The notes: generated by a model from the sequence alone, not told the origin. A stretch of DNA of 64,000 bases from Thermoplasmatota archaeon (GCA_038046725.1 JBBSVQ010000011.1:243-64242); one strand, 5' to 3'. Shown: positions 7,929 to 16,337, numbered from the stretch's first letter. A program made the numbers and translations.

Positions 7929-7988
7929 ATCCGCCGATGACGCCGAACCCGCCGATGTCGTGTCCGTCCATCGGCGTCATCGGCGGGT
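7929..7988. repeat. H-family palindrome CCGCCGATGACGCCGA - N26 - TCGGCGTCATCGGCGG (copy 1 of 3)
   Basis: The arms are identical to those at 53644-53703 and nearly identical to those at 63631-63688. This copy sits between the divergent starts of the permease and MFS genes. Confidence 0.9.
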
Positions 7989-8040
7989 CGGGCAGCTCGT
8001 ACCATCGCCAAGCTCAAGCCCCAAACCCTGTGGCCGCGGC

Positions 8041-9225
8041 GTGGACAAGGCCCAGCGCCAAGTGTTGCTCCTGGCCGTGCTCTTCGCGGTGTCCGGCACG
8101 GGGTCCGTCGTCATCGTCACGGTCGCCGCCGTCACGGCCCTCGACTTGACGGGGTCCACATCCCTCGCCACGTTGCCGGTCGCCTTGTCGCTGGTGGGAG
8201 GCATGGCCGCAACCGTGCCCGCTTCCCACTTCATGGCCCGCTTCGGTCGGCGGGCCGGGTTCCGCATCTCGACCTCGGTCGCCATCGTGGGCGCCAGCCT
8301 TGCCGTCGTCGCCATCCACCGAGAGAGCTTCGTCCTGTTCTGCGCAGCAAGCGCCCTCATTGGCGTCGTGACGGGCGTGGCGAGCCTCTACCGCTTCGCC
8401 GCCGTCGAGGTGTCCGACCCGGGCCGGCAGGCGCGCGCCATCGGAACCGTGCTTGCCGGCGGCGTCGCGGCAGGCGTGCTCGGGCCATTGATTGCCTTCC
8501 AGGCCCGCGACCTCTGGGCGGAGGCGCCGTTCGCTGGCTCCTACCTCGTGATGGCCGTGCTTGCCGTCGTCGTCCTCCTGCTCCTCAATTTCCTTGAGGT
8601 CCCCCGCCCGCCACCCGTCGTCAAGGGCTCCGGCCGCCCTCTGTCCGTCATTGCACGCGACCCACGCTTCGTGGCGGCAGCGCTTGCGGGAATCGCCGCG
8701 TTCTCAGCCATGGTCATCACCATGGTGGCCGCCCCCCTCTCCCTGGCCGCGCAGGGGCACGCCAACGCCATCCAGTACGTCATCCAGGCCCACGTCGTCG
8801 CCATGTACCTGCCGTCCTTCTTCAGCGGCGCCCTCGTCGGCCGCACCGGCCCCGCACGCGGCATGATGCTGGGCATCGCGGGCCTCGCGGCTTGCGGCGT
8901 CGTCAACCTGCTCGGAGCAAGCGTCGCCCACCACTACGTCGCCCTCGTCCTGCTCGGAATCGGCTGGAACCTCCTCTTCGTCTCGGCGACGGCGCTCCTG
9001 ACCACGGTGTACCGACCCTCCGAGAAAGCAACCGTCCAGGGGGTCAACGACGTCCTCGTCTCCGCCTCGGCCGCCGTCGCTGCCTTCGGCTCCGGCGCCG
9101 TCCACGCAGTCCATGGCTGGAGCGGCCTCAACCTCGACGTGCTCGTCGGACTCGTTCTGGCGACCGTCGCGCTCCTCATCCTGATGCGGGCCGGCCGATC
9201 CGCGCCCTCGCCCGCCCACGGTTGA
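8041..9225 (+). CDS. MFS transporter
   Basis: ORF 7894..9225. The first 49 codons cross the H-family hairpin, so GTG 8041 (VDKAQRQVLLL...) is the more likely start. It has twelve hydrophobic segments and an MFS-like loop, ARFGRRAGF. Confidence 0.7.
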   Translation: MDKAQRQVLLLAVLFAVSGTGSVVIVTVAAVTALDLTGSTSLATLPVALSLVGGMAATVPASHFMARFGRRAGFRISTSVAIVGASLAVVAIHRESFVLFCAASALIGVVTGVASLYRFAAVEVSDPGRQARAIGTVLAGGVAAGVLGPLIAFQARDLWAEAPFAGSYLVMAVLAVVVLLLLNFLEVPRPPPVVKGSGRPLSVIARDPRFVAAALAGIAAFSAMVITMVAAPLSLAAQGHANAIQYVIQAHVVAMYLPSFFSGALVGRTGPARGMMLGIAGLAACGVVNLLGASVAHHYVALVLLGIGWNLLFVSATALLTTVYRPSEKATVQGVNDVLVSASAAVAAFGSGAVHAVHGWSGLNLDVLVGLVLATVALLILMRAGRSAPSPAHG

Positions 9226-9266
9226 CGGCGGGGAACGAGCGCCTCCCCCGGCCTCCCCCGAAACGG

Positions 9267-9274
9267 TTTATCAA
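9267..9274 (+). promoter_or_regulatory. TATA-like box (TTTATCAA) upstream of aIF5A
   Basis: This is the only A/T-rich octamer in the spacer, 34 nt before ATG 9308. It lies too close to the alternative GTG 9284. Confidence 0.35.
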
Positions 9275-9307
9275 CCCCTCCACGTGCCCGCCTTCGAGGC
9301 CAAGGGC

Positions 9308-9694
9308 ATGTCGAAGGAACAGATGGAAATCCGTGAGCTCAAGGAAGGACGCTTCATGCTCATCGATGACGAGCCCTGCAAGATCGACTCCATCGAGAAG
9401 TCGAAGCCCGGCAAGCACGGCGCATCCAAGGCCCGCATCGAGGCCCGCTCCATCTTCACCGCCGCCAAGAAGACCTACCTCGGCAGCGTGACCGACAAGG
9501 TCTGGGTCCCCCAGGTCGACCGCCGCGGCGCCCAGCTCCTGTCCTTCCACAACGGCGTCGCCCAGTTGATGGACAAGGACACTTTCGAGACGTTCGACAT
9601 CAACGTCCCTGACGAATTCGCCGAGGGCCTCGTGGCCGGCGCCGACGTGATGTACATCGTGGCGATGGAACGCCGGATGATCACCAAGGTTTGA
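9308..9694 (+). CDS. eif5a: Translation initiation factor 5A (aIF5A)
   Basis: ELKEGRFMLIDDEPCKIDSIEKSKPGKHGASKARIEA contains the hypusine-site motif KPGKHG. ATG 9308 is preferred over the track's GTG 9284. Confidence 0.9.
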   Translation: MSKEQMEIRELKEGRFMLIDDEPCKIDSIEKSKPGKHGASKARIEARSIFTAAKKTYLGSVTDKVWVPQVDRRGAQLLSFHNGVAQLMDKDTFETFDINVPDEFAEGLVAGADVMYIVAMERRMITKV

Positions 9695-9747
9695 CGACGC
9701 GAGAGTGAGCTGCGAAGCAGCGAACGAATCGCGGTCAGACCTGCGTG

Positions 9748-9774
9748 GCGCGAGGCCGCGCAGCGGCCTTGCGC
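9748..9774. terminator. GC-rich hairpin between convergent genes (12-bp stem, GCA loop)
   Basis: GGCGCGAGGCCGC-GCA-GCGGCCTTGCGC, read directly. It lies between the aIF5A stop (9694) and the DUF2798-like gene stop (9851). Confidence 0.35.
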
Positions 9775-9850
9775 AGGATGGTCACCGGCAAGGTGTCAGG
9801 TTCGCAGGCACAAGGTGTCAACTTCGTGAGCGAAGCGATTGCCTCTTTCG

Positions 9851-10075
9851 TCACTCCGTCAGCTTCGCGACGGCCGCGCTCGCCAACGCGCGCGCGACGA
9901 ACGCCGCCGGCATCGCCACGAGGAGGGCGATCAGGAACTGCCGAGGCCAGACCCGTAGGAAGCCGTCCGCGAAGGCGCCGTTTAGGAACCCGAAGAAGAG
10001 GGACATGACGAAGACCATGATGGAGACCATGATGACGAGGGAGAGCGTTGGCCCGTGCTTCTTCGCGATCTTCAC
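9851..10075 (-). CDS. Small membrane protein, DUF2798-like
   Basis: ORF track. MKIAKKHGPTLSLVIMVSIMVFVMSLFFGFLNGAFADGFLRVWPRQFLIALLVAMPAAFVA resembles the two-helix DUF2798 pattern. Confidence 0.55.
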   Translation of the reverse strand: MKIAKKHGPTLSLVIMVSIMVFVMSLFFGFLNGAFADGFLRVWPRQFLIALLVAMPAAFVARALASAAVAKLTE

Positions 10076-10083
10076 GGTGACCC

Positions 10084-10731
10084 CTACGCCAGGACCGTGA
10101 GGGCGGCCAGCTTCGCGTCGATGAGCGCCAGCAGTTCGGGCAGCAACGCGTCGGCCTGCTCCTGGGTCCAGCGGTGCTCGTCGATGCCAATCTCGTCGTC
10201 GGGGTTGACGAGGTCGCCCATCTCGCCGTTGTCCTCCTCCTCAAAGGAGGTCATCGTCAGGGTGGTGGGTCGGGGCCAGTGCGGCACCATCGCCGGGAGC
10301 TCGTACGAGGTCCCGGCGCTCTGGATGCGGGCGTGTCGGGTGAGCTTGTACCGCTGGCCGAGGTGGAACCGGTCGCCCGCCGGGTCCAGCGTGGCCTCGT
10401 AGATGCCGTGGTCGAACTCGCCGAGGAGGATGGTGCCCCGGATGGCGCCGCCGTGGTAGTGGATGGTGCCCCGGAACCGGTCGCTCCACGAGCACCAGTC
10501 GGGGTGGTAGACGTGCATGCTGCGCACCTTGCCGTCGCGGCGGGGCAGGCCCCACTTCAGCATGTCCCCGTACTCCTCCATGTCGGCCATGCCACGGTCC
10601 AAGAGGACGGCCTTGCACTCGCGCAGGAGCTCCACCATGCGGGCGGGGTCGATGCGGTGCTCGCGCAGGGGATGGAAGGCCAAGGGTCGCCCTCCCGTGG
10701 CCGGGGCCAGCGCCGCTGACATCCGCTGCAT
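10084..10731 (-). CDS. Hypothetical protein
   Basis: ORF track. The composition is protein-like and GC3 is high. The stop abuts the start of the DUF2798-like gene. I recognise no family. Confidence 0.5.
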   Translation of the reverse strand: MQRMSAALAPATGGRPLAFHPLREHRIDPARMVELLRECKAVLLDRGMADMEEYGDMLKWGLPRRDGKVRSMHVYHPDWCSWSDRFRGTIHYHGGAIRGTILLGEFDHGIYEATLDPAGDRFHLGQRYKLTRHARIQSAGTSYELPAMVPHWPRPTTLTMTSFEEEDNGEMGDLVNPDDEIGIDEHRWTQEQADALLPELLALIDAKLAALTVLA

Positions 10732-10847
10732 GCGCGTTCCAGACCGCCCCGGGCGATAATCCTACCCCTGGCGGCGAGGTCTTGACGCTGCCTTGAATCC
10801 AGGGTTTCGCCCCCAATCATGATAAGGAGTCCACCTCTGGCGAAGCC

Positions 10848-11654
10848 GTGGCCAAGCTGAACCCCTTCCCGGAGGAGGGCGAACTCGTCGTCGGCACCGT
10901 GCGCGAAGTGCAGAACTTCGGCGCCTTCGTGACGCTCGAGGAGTACCCCGGCAAGGAGGGCTTCGTGCACATCCGCGAAGTCGCGCCCGGCTGGGTCAAG
11001 CGCATCCGCGACTTCGTGCGCGAGCAGGCCCGCGTCGTCTGCAAGGTCCAAGGCGTGGACGCCAAGAAGGGCCACATCGACCTCAGCCTGAAGGCCGTCA
11101 ACGACCACCAGCGCCGCGAGACCATCCAGGCGTGGAAGAACGAGCAGAAGGCCGACAACTACCTCAAGATGATGGCGGAGCGGCAGAAGACCACCGCGGA
11201 AGCCCTCATCGCGGACTACGGCGCCAAACTCATCGACGCCTTCGGCTCCATGTACGCCGCCTTCCAGCAGGCCGCCGAATACGGCAAGGAAGCCTTCGAC
11301 CAGGAGAACCTCAAGGGTCCCTGGGTCGAGCCCTTCATCGTCTTCGCCAAGGAGAACATCCAGGCCTCCTTCGTGGAGATCACCGGCTTCGTCGACGTCA
11401 GCTCCCCCGCCCCCGACGGCGTCAAGCACGTCTCGAAGGCGCTGAAGGCCGCGGAGAAATCCGAATTCGAGGACGTCACCATCGAGGTCACCTACATGGG
11501 CGCCCCGCACTACCGCGTCACCGTGAAGGCCCCCGACTTCAAGATCGCCGAGGACCAGCTCAAGGGCGCGGCCGACCGCGCCATCGCCCTCATCCAGAAG
11601 TCCGGCGGCGCAGGCTCGTTCAAGCGCGAAGCCGAGGACAAGAAAACCGCGTAG
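10848..11654 (+). CDS. eif2a: Translation initiation factor 2 subunit alpha (aIF2-alpha)
   Basis: The S1 domain reads GELVVGTVREVQNFGAFVTLEEYPGKEGFVHIREVAPGWVKRIRD. GTG start, with ATGATAAGG 22-32 nt upstream. Confidence 0.9.
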   Translation: MAKLNPFPEEGELVVGTVREVQNFGAFVTLEEYPGKEGFVHIREVAPGWVKRIRDFVREQARVVCKVQGVDAKKGHIDLSLKAVNDHQRRETIQAWKNEQKADNYLKMMAERQKTTAEALIADYGAKLIDAFGSMYAAFQQAAEYGKEAFDQENLKGPWVEPFIVFAKENIQASFVEITGFVDVSSPAPDGVKHVSKALKAAEKSEFEDVTIEVTYMGAPHYRVTVKAPDFKIAEDQLKGAADRAIALIQKSGGAGSFKREAEDKKTA

Positions 11655-11662
11655 GCGATTCC

Positions 11663-12052
11663 ATGGCCTCTGTCCTGCTCAAGCGCTGCACGGCCTGCAA
11701 AGAGTATACGCTGCAGGAAACGTGCCCCCGCTGCGGCGCGAAGGCCAAGCCGAACCGGCCCGCCAAGTTCAGTCCCGAGGACAACTTCGGAGACTACCGG
11801 CGCAAGCTGAAGAAGCTCGACGCGGCGAAGGGGCCGGGCAACTCCGACAGCGAGCGGGTGGCCGGGGCGCAGGTCGCGGACGCAGCGACGGCGTCCAAGC
11901 CGAAGCCTGCCAAGCCGGCCCCGGAAGTGCGAGAGGGCTTCGGCACGCCCACCACGCCACAGAGCCCGCAGAACGTCGCAGAAAAGGGCCGGTCCTCTGG
12001 GGGCTCTGCGTTCTCTGCGGCTTCGTCGGGGCGAAAGGCGAAGGGAGCCTGA
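11663..12052 (+). CDS. nop10: H/ACA RNP protein Nop10 with a roughly 75-aa low-complexity C-terminal tail
   Basis: Starts at an inner ATG of ORF 11132..12052. MASVLLKRCTACKEYTLQETCPRCGAKAKPNRPAKFSPEDNFGDYRRKLK is the Nop10 zinc ribbon plus the FSPED motif. The aIF2-alpha - Nop10 - PAC2 order is a conserved archaeal neighbourhood. Confidence 0.8.
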   Translation: MASVLLKRCTACKEYTLQETCPRCGAKAKPNRPAKFSPEDNFGDYRRKLKKLDAAKGPGNSDSERVAGAQVADAATASKPKPAKPAPEVREGFGTPTTPQSPQNVAEKGRSSGGSAFSAASSGRKAKGA

Positions 12053-12056
12053 CCCC

Positions 12057-12815
12057 ATGGACCGGCTTCGCATCAAGGAGCACGCGAAGCCCAAGGTCAA
12101 GGCGCCCATCTTCGTTGAAGGCCTTCCCGGAATCGGCCACGTCGGCAAGCTGGCCGCGCAGCACATCGTGGAGTCCGGCAAGGCGGCGCTCTGGCTCACC
12201 ATCCATTCCGTCGATTTCCCGCCGCAAGTCGCCGTCGGGGAGGACGGCATCATCCGCCTCCTCAAAGTCGAGGTCTGGACGATTCCGGCGAAGGGCAAGT
12301 CCGCCCCTCTCGTCGTCATGACCGGTGACGCGCAGCCGCTCACGAGCCAGGGCCAGCATGAACTCGTGGAGGCCGTCCTCGACCGCATCGAGCCCCTCGG
12401 CTGCAAGAGCATCTACACCCTCGGCGGCTACGGGACCGGCACGCGCGTCGAGAAGCCCGAAGTCCTCGCGGCCGCGACGGACAAGGCGACCGTCGTGCGT
12501 CTGAAGAAGCTCGGCATCCGACTGCCCGGCGACGACACGCCCGGCGGCGGCATCATTGGCGCAAGCGGCCTCTTCCTCGGCCTCGGCGCCTTGCGCGGCA
12601 TGAGCGGCGCTTGCCTCATGGGTGAGACGAACGGCTACCTCGTCGACCCCAAGGCGGCGCGAGCCGTGCTCACGGCTCTTGGCAAAGCGGTGGGCCGTGA
12701 CTTCGGCACCGCAGACCTCGAGAAGCGAGCCGCAGACCTCGACCGCATCACGGCGCAATTGAGTGAAGCGATGAGCACGCCGCAGCGGGAAGGGACTGAG
12801 CACTACATCGGTTAG
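12057..12815 (+). CDS. PAC2-family proteasome assembly chaperone (COG1938)
   Basis: ORF track. APIFVEGLPGIGHVGKLAAQHI and ...YTLGGYGTG... match this family. It follows Nop10 after 4 nt. Confidence 0.7.
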   Translation: MDRLRIKEHAKPKVKAPIFVEGLPGIGHVGKLAAQHIVESGKAALWLTIHSVDFPPQVAVGEDGIIRLLKVEVWTIPAKGKSAPLVVMTGDAQPLTSQGQHELVEAVLDRIEPLGCKSIYTLGGYGTGTRVEKPEVLAAATDKATVVRLKKLGIRLPGDDTPGGGIIGASGLFLGLGALRGMSGACLMGETNGYLVDPKAARAVLTALGKAVGRDFGTADLEKRAADLDRITAQLSEAMSTPQREGTEHYIG

Positions 12816-13018
12816 TGTGGGGTTTGGAAAATCTTCCTCATTTTCGCGACTTTGCGCAGAATCTCGTCTGCCGCGCGGACCCAGCGGAACGGTTTCGGGT
12901 TCTCGTTGTGATCGTCGACCCACGCCGTAATTGCGGCCTGAAGTGACGCGACCTCGTCGAACGTTCCGCGTCGAATTCGTTGCGAAGTTAGGCTGCCGAG
13001 CCCAGTCCGGTTTGTCAT
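12812..13018 (-). pseudogene. IS630-family transposase, C-terminal fragment only
   Basis: RIRRGTFDEVASLQAAITAWVDDHNENPKPFRWVRAADEILRKV matches the conserved IS630 C-terminus (...PKPFxWtktAdeIL.K). No DDE domain lies upstream. The region is lower in GC. Confidence 0.65.
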
Positions 13019-14340
13019 TTTCCTAGGTCCCCCAAGTCCTGCGTGGTGGAAACGACTCCGTTGAACCGTTGGTGGTTGGCCGCCATTCCCACGGCAAACG
13101 AATCGTACGAGTTCGCTGCCGCATTTTCGTTTACGGATGAAGGAACGAAGTGGACCTCGTAATTGTGGACGCCGAGATTCGCCGGCTTAACAACCTGTTG
13201 AGAGGCAGCGCCAAGGGAGTATTCGAAGAACAGGACTCGGCCGACGTCCAACTGCAGGTCGTTGACGCGATCCATGAATTGAGTCACACTCATCGTGGGC
13301 CAAGGTGAAGATTTTAGCTGGGCGCAGCCCGCAATGGCCGTTGCCGGACTTGAGGAGGCTTCAGGTTCGGCGCGAATCCTTCCGGACGCATCCTGCAGAA
13401 TTTGCATGGTCCAGGCGCGAGCCTCCCCGGCATCGTTTGCGATGGCGATTGTGGCTGTGCCACGATTGGTTTCCATTAGGTTCGGTAGAATGCTGGGCAT
13501 GGCCGGGCGAGCCGGTTCAATTTGGTAATCCACGACACATCCATGGGCCAATCGGTCGGCTGCTTCGACGGATTGGTTTTGCAGTTCTTGCAGAATGGCA
13601 AGATGGCTCATTCCTACGCCGAAGTTGTCGATTTCTGCGCCTGGAAATAGCGGGCCTTGCCATGGGGCAGGCATGGGTGGTCCCAGTGACTTTGGCCAAA
13701 CGTCCGCATCTGCTACGAGGCCATGAGACGCGTAATTTCGGTACTCGTAGAGGATCTCCCGCCCGTCAATCATGTACAGAGTGGAATCCGGCATGAACCG
13801 ATGGTGGCTGTAGGCGTGAATTTGCTGGTTTGGGAACCCGCTTCCTGGTGGAGTTGTAACGGTTACAATGGTCTTATCGGCACGGTTGGAGACCGTGACG
13901 GGCAACTGGACTTCTTGGTCTCCTGCCACTGTTTGAAGCGCCCTGTCTGTGATTGATTGAGTTCGAAGCCCGTAGCCCAGGTCAGGCAAGCGGCCCTGAT
14001 CGGTCCAGGAGGCTCGCGCGCGGTCGCATTGGTTTCGGCTTTCGCAGAGGCGATCCTCACGCACCAATCGTAGGTCGCGGTCGAGGTACATCACGCGGTT
14101 GTTGTAATGAGGATCGGTATCGTACGTTTCCCGCAATGCATAGGCGGTCCGCAGTATTCCGTCCCGATCCATGACTGGCATGGGGCCTTCTAGGCTTACG
14201 CTTCCATAGTGGACATCGTCAATCCACAATTCGGCGGTGAAGGCCTCTACTTGGTCGTCGGCAGCCGTCGGATTGTCGGCACAGCCAGCCAAGGGAAGAA
14301 GGAGGGCGAGGGCGAATGCTACCCGTAATCTTACCAGCAT
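13015..14340 (-). CDS. Hypothetical lipoprotein (low-GC island)
   Basis: Starts at the inner ATG 14340 of ORF 13015..14529. The lipobox signal is MLVRLRVAFALALLLPLAGC. The start overlaps the upstream gene's stop (ATGCTGGTAA). Confidence 0.6.
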   Translation of the reverse strand: MLVRLRVAFALALLLPLAGCADNPTAADDQVEAFTAELWIDDVHYGSVSLEGPMPVMDRDGILRTAYALRETYDTDPHYNNRVMYLDRDLRLVREDRLCESRNQCDRARASWTDQGRLPDLGYGLRTQSITDRALQTVAGDQEVQLPVTVSNRADKTIVTVTTPPGSGFPNQQIHAYSHHRFMPDSTLYMIDGREILYEYRNYASHGLVADADVWPKSLGPPMPAPWQGPLFPGAEIDNFGVGMSHLAILQELQNQSVEAADRLAHGCVVDYQIEPARPAMPSILPNLMETNRGTATIAIANDAGEARAWTMQILQDASGRIRAEPEASSSPATAIAGCAQLKSSPWPTMSVTQFMDRVNDLQLDVGRVLFFEYSLGAASQQVVKPANLGVHNYEVHFVPSSVNENAAANSYDSFAVGMAANHQRFNGVVSTTQDLGDLGK

Positions 14341-15032
14341 TTCCGGTGCTCGGAGTAGATGCCGACAATCAAAAGGGCGCCCTGGCCGGTCCCCAGGATG
14401 TCGGGGTAGTTGGTTGCGCTGGTGTAGTGGCAGTCGCGGGGTGCGGAGCCAAACGATGCGCGGTGCACGCGCGCGGTGTCGAGGCCGCTGCAGGAGTTGA
14501 ACAGGCCGAGCGTGCCACTCCAATTGCATTGGGGCGCGTCGTGGACCAGCGTGGATTCAACGTGGCCCTTGTCCGAGAGGGCGCCTCCGCCGTAGTGGCC
14601 GCCGAACGAGTAGCAGTGCTGGCCGGTCGTTGGGGCGGGGCTGCAGGACGAGTCCGGGAACAGGGTGGCATAGGAGCCGACGTATGAGCAGCTGGCGTGG
14701 ATGATGATTGGGCTGGTGGTCAGGTCGCGGCACGATCGGCATTCGTAGGAATCGTCGCGTGTGTTGCAGTGGGCGCTGCCGGACGCCGGGGCGACGGCGG
14801 CCGCGCTGGCGTCACAGGCGGGCAGGAGGCCCGCTTGGACAGCGATGGCAAAACCCGGGGTGTCGCAGCTCGGGAGGCTGGCGAGCCAAAGGCACTGGGC
14901 GGCGGTCGTGGGGTCGACGTCGCAGGGCAGACTGTCCAGCGTCGTGGTGCCGAGGGGATCGGCCAGGACGGTTGGCGCCGCAAGGAGGGCGGTCATGATG
15001 CAGGCAGTCGTCAAGAGTCGAGCGGAACCCAT
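14331..15032 (-). CDS. Secreted cysteine-rich hypothetical protein (low-GC island)
   Basis: ORF track. The signal peptide is MGSARLLTTACIMTALLAAPTVLA, and the mature part has about 16 Cys. Confidence 0.6.
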   Translation of the reverse strand: MGSARLLTTACIMTALLAAPTVLADPLGTTTLDSLPCDVDPTTAAQCLWLASLPSCDTPGFAIAVQAGLLPACDASAAAVAPASGSAHCNTRDDSYECRSCRDLTTSPIIIHASCSYVGSYATLFPDSSCSPAPTTGQHCYSFGGHYGGGALSDKGHVESTLVHDAPQCNWSGTLGLFNSCSGLDTARVHRASFGSAPRDCHYTSATNYPDILGTGQGALLIVGIYSEHRKCW

Positions 15033-15318
15033 AGGGTTTGCCTATCCGGGCCTTGATTTAGCCTGAGCCTCGGACGGAAGAGGTTCGCCATTGCATCTCC
15101 CTTTGCCTGGTCACTGGTCAAGACGGTGGCAAGGCGCCGGACGTCCTAATCGGTCCTGGCGTCCAATTCACGGGCAGCATCCTTCTTGGTCGTGGAGGGC
15201 ACGGTCAAGACGTCCTTCTGAGGGTTGCCAATTCACCAGGAGCCGAGATTAGACTTGGGGTCGGATCAACCCTATCACCGCGGCCGACGACCCACACCTC
15301 CGAGACCGAAGCGTCTCG

Positions 15319-16314
15319 ATGTACTACGTCGGAGTTGGCACCGTGCCAAATGTGGTTGGCCCCGACTTCTCGCCGTTGTACCACGACGTGACCCTGTTGG
15401 ATCTGACCAGTGATGAACTTGGGCTCCGCCTGGAAGGGCCTTAGGTCACCATTGTCGACGGAAAGGCGCGCGGTGATTCCATGGTGTTCGAACGAGGCGA
15501 CCCCCGATTCGTGGAAGCCATGGTCTACCACTGGATAGACGGGTCGCAGCGCCGCGTCCAAGCTTTGGGTTTCGATGCCCTAGGAAACCGCAGCGCTCTG
15601 GTCCACCTCTACGAACCCGTGTACTACGGCAACGCGCGATTCGTCGACGGCGCCTTCGTCGCGCCCGGCGCAAGCGGCTTCGAGATGGTTCGGCCCAGGC
15701 TCGGGCCAAGCATCGTGCAGGAGTTCCACGCGCGCAACGTAACAGGCATGGTCGTCGACGCCGAAGTCTTCGACGCCATCCGCCGCCAAGCCGTTCCGCA
15801 GGAAAGGCAAGAAGCGCCGGCTTCGCCTGCTCTTGTTTTGGTTGGCCTCGCGCTAGTTGTCCTCAAGTTAAGGCGACCAGAAGACTGGCAGGTTGAAGGG
15901 CCCCGGCTCGTTGCCATCGCATGGACCCGTTCGGTTTGGCGCTTGGTCTGCTTTGCATCGCGGCGGGAGTTCCACTCGCGGTGCACGGCTGGCGCGTCCG
16001 GCATGAACGCGCATTCCCCGTCGCGTCCGGGCCAGCCTCTCTCGAGGCGGTCCAATCGGGACTCCCGGCGCGATCGTACGCTCCCCGCGGCATGTTCGTC
16101 TGGGGCTTCCTGTTCGTTGGCATCGGCTTGTTGCTGGCGGTGGGCGCCTTCCTGCTCTGAGGAGAGGCGCCCGTTCCTGAGTCAAGACCGAACGACGCCT
16201 TGTGGCGACTCCGAGCGTGAGGTCAACCCCGTGGGTTTGCTTGGCGGCGCGTGGTGCCGTTCGCCACAGGTTGGGCGGGCAGGTCGGAGTCGGCGTCGGA
16301 AGGAGGTTGACTAG
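15319..16314 (+). pseudogene. Probable degraded gene: protein-like reading frame interrupted by in-frame TAG at 15442
   Basis: MYYVGVGTVPNVVGPDFSPLYHDVTLLDLTSDELGLRLEGP-TAG-VTIVDGKARGDSMVFERGDPRF... continues in the same frame into ORF 15481..16314. After a TM-like ALVLVGLALVVLKL the frame becomes R/S/C-rich and runs through a MITE. Confidence 0.3.
15921..16160 (+). CDS. Small two-helix membrane protein (hypothetical)
   Basis: ORF track. MDPFGLALGLLCIAAGVPLAVHGW...MFVWGFLFVGIGLLLAVGAFLL. It overlaps the tail of the questionable ORF above, so only one of the two can be real. Confidence 0.4.
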   Translation: MDPFGLALGLLCIAAGVPLAVHGWRVRHERAFPVASGPASLEAVQSGLPARSYAPRGMFVWGFLFVGIGLLLAVGAFLL

Positions 16315-16337
16315 CTTGGCGCACCGAACGCGCGCGG
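16167..16337 (+). mobile_element. MITE-like repeat, family A (copy a)
   Basis: Shares GCGCCCGTTCCT..., GGCGGCGCG..., GGAGTCGGCGTCGGAAGGAGGTTGAC and GGCGCACCGAACGCGCGCGG with the five other copies (20449-20626, 22575-22775, 34310-34442, 45247-45411, 62837-63002). Confidence 0.75.

Noticed and set aside
15442-15444. Pyrrolysine-encoding in-frame TAG
   Set aside because: TAG is used as an ordinary stop by well-supported genes here (rsmA at 5712-5714, polC at 33156-33158, the HExxH gene at 1169-1171). No pyl genes or methylamine methyltransferases are present, and a second in-frame TAG lies upstream.
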